64,000 nt of DNA. It comes from Okamejei kenojei (Eukaryota). Below are positions 62,011 through 64,000 of the stretch, piece by piece. The position numbers and the translations under genes are program-made. Under the pieces are notes generated by a model. It had not been told where the DNA came from. It did no database searches and saw only the letters and a list, made by a program, of their open reading frames with translations. The first letter of the stretch is position 1. Each line of letters opens with the position of its first letter. The stretch is taken from NCBI GenBank assembly GCA_035221665.1, contig CM069155.1:30566001-30630000 (forward strand), in the 5' to 3' direction.

Positions 62011-64000
62011 TAAGAGTCCTGTTATTTATGGTTATGAAAAGAACATTGGGCGATTAGTTGGAAAGATAGAACATGCATAAACAGGCAAAATTCTGGTTGG
62101 AAAGTTGTAAAAACTGATGTGTCTCATAGATCAGTGCTGGAGCCCCAATTTCAAAAAATGCTAGAAAAAATGTTGGCTGTTGAATTTGCTAAAGACATGA
62201 AGAACGAAACAAGACCAACGTGTATGTGGATAGTTCCAGTGAATGGGCAAAGGCCTGTTAAATGCGGGATGTGGGAACATGTAAAATGTCAATTTTTACA
62301 GGGTAAGTGATATAAAAGAATGTTCTTTACAATATAGATACAAAAAGCTGGGGTAACGCAGCGGGACAGGCAGCATCTCTGGAGAGAAGGAATGGTTAAC
62401 GTTTCGGGTCGAGGCCCTTCCTATTTACATTATGACAGTTTGCAGTGTTTTGAGATGCAGAATTATTTCGAGTTAATGGTGAAGATTCGCCACAGGTTAG
62501 AAACAGGTACAACAACTACCTTGGAAAGGTCACAGTGTCAGCATCTAACGCCAAAAAAACCGAATACAAACGAGAGAGGGTCTTATTGCTTCAGTTATAC
62601 TTCATCGCAGAATCGAGCAGACTGTTGAACTGTAAATGCCTTTGAAGCAATTCAGAAAATGATTACTCGTAGACCCATATCTTTAACGAGTGAGTTGTTT
62701 TATGAAGAATTGCTCGACGGTTAGAAGCGTGAGAGGTGCTTTAATTGAAGCACAGGTGATTATGCGGGGTCTTAACAGCATGTGAAGGGAGAGGACAATT
62801 CGTCTGGGGTAATCTAAAACTGAACGTCACCGGTTACACAAAAATAAATGCCCACTTCAAAAGTGAAGAAACAAAACACATCTCTCAGAATGTAGAAAGT
62901 CTCCTCAATTACGTTTCTGAAAATGTGGCAGAAGCAGTCTTTATTATTTTTCAAAGGTAGAAATATTCCAAATAAACAAGGTGGGGTAGCGATATGATAC
63001 CAGAGGTGGATGGGACCGCAGATCAAAGGTTGCAATCAGGTTAGTCACCATTTTATTGTTTGGTGAATTAGCTTCAAGTGACCGAGTGCGGATGGGGAAC
63101 ATCATCTCCTCCCCATTGACCACCAACACAGTGCATCTCAAGGCCGCGTGATTTGCACCCTGTTCTACTTCCTTTACACACATGGAATGAAGCACAGCTC
63201 CAAAGTAATCTATTATCCACCCCCAACACCATTCTGTTTGGATAAATCACTGATGGTGCTGGTGTCACCATGGAGAAGAGAGATAGAACACTTGGTTGAG
63301 TGGTATCAGAACAACAACCTTTTGCTCCAAAGCAACAAGACCGAAGTGGTCGCTGACTTCAACCAAACTCCTTGGCAAATTTATAGATGTAAACCCTGGG
63401 GGTACTGAGAACTTCAGGTGCTGATATTAAAAAAAACCACAATGTGCTGGAGAAACTCAGCGGATCTCTAGAGAACATGGAAACCTGGGGATGGATGTAT
63501 CCTGTCTGTATCAAGGGCAAGTCCGTTGGCGCGGCTCTGTCAGACCTACTCACCCCAGTCCGGGCCCACGTTCAGGGTGTCCTTGCAGAAAGCTGGTATC
63601 AGTTGCCTGTGCAGATCTGAACAAATAAGCTTGGTGAGTGCGGACATGTGAATGGAGGATGTAGATGGCAAATGCACCTCATGCAGGTCTGAAGTAATGT
63701 CACTAATGGAAGTGGAGAATGATATTCATGTATATTTCGTGTTATTCTCCCCTGTCCAATGTGGAACACCATTATTGTCCATTCGTGACACAGAATAAGA
63801 CAGGCAAAACAAACATTAATATTCTTTGATTTAATGAATCACGCATCTTACCGTAGACTTTTTGATATCCAGCTCAATTGGAGATAACTGAATTCAATAT
63901 AAGTCTGTGATTTGGCGCTGATATCGGAGTTAAAGTAAATCTGAAATTAAAAGCTGGAATTGGTAACGCGAGCATGACGCTATTGGGTTGTAATTAAAAG

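Larger units (their letters stand above)
45860..64000 (+). repeat. Tandem segmental duplication unit B (contains Ig cluster 3)
   Basis: See unit A. The window ends in sequence homologous to the end of unit A. Confidence 0.92.

Noticed and set aside
1-64000. CRISPR arrays, rRNA, RAG-like transposon, or unjoined V/J segments with paired RSS
   Set aside because: None seen on manual reading; a formal RSS and profile scan was not possible.

Overview
Eukaryotic genomic DNA, almost certainly from a cartilaginous fish and probably a skate or ray. This is inferred from the Ig organisation and the repeat families; the species cannot be proven from sequence alone. The window holds three minus-strand immunoglobulin light-chain clusters of the shark/skate lambda (type II) class. 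Each has an octamer promoter, a leader exon, a germline-joined V-J exon with no RSS, and one C exon. Clusters 2 (38685-41660) and 3 (55362-58544) are intact and lie in two units of a ~17-18 kb tandem duplication. Cluster 1 (~10500-14534) is a divergent paralogue with an open VJ but a frameshifted C exon (pseudogene or long-read indel error). Most of the rest is transposable elements: an LTR provirus (2550-9265, 4-bp TSD) that appears chimeric, with HERV-I/ERV3-like gag, IN tail and env around a second, unrelated retroviral gag-RT-RNaseH; a DIRS tyrosine-recombinase retrotransposon with intact termini (19512-24917); an L1-clade LINE; CR1 and Rex1/Babar LINEs; tRNA-derived V-SINE/HE1-like SINEs; and short fold-back Penelope-associated elements with minimal hammerhead-ribozyme motifs and TSDs. 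A 500-N gap lies at 28469-28968. I cannot support a wholly new biological system. The best leads are the chimeric provirus, the hammerhead fold-back family, and the mosaic evolution of the pre-joined Ig clusters.
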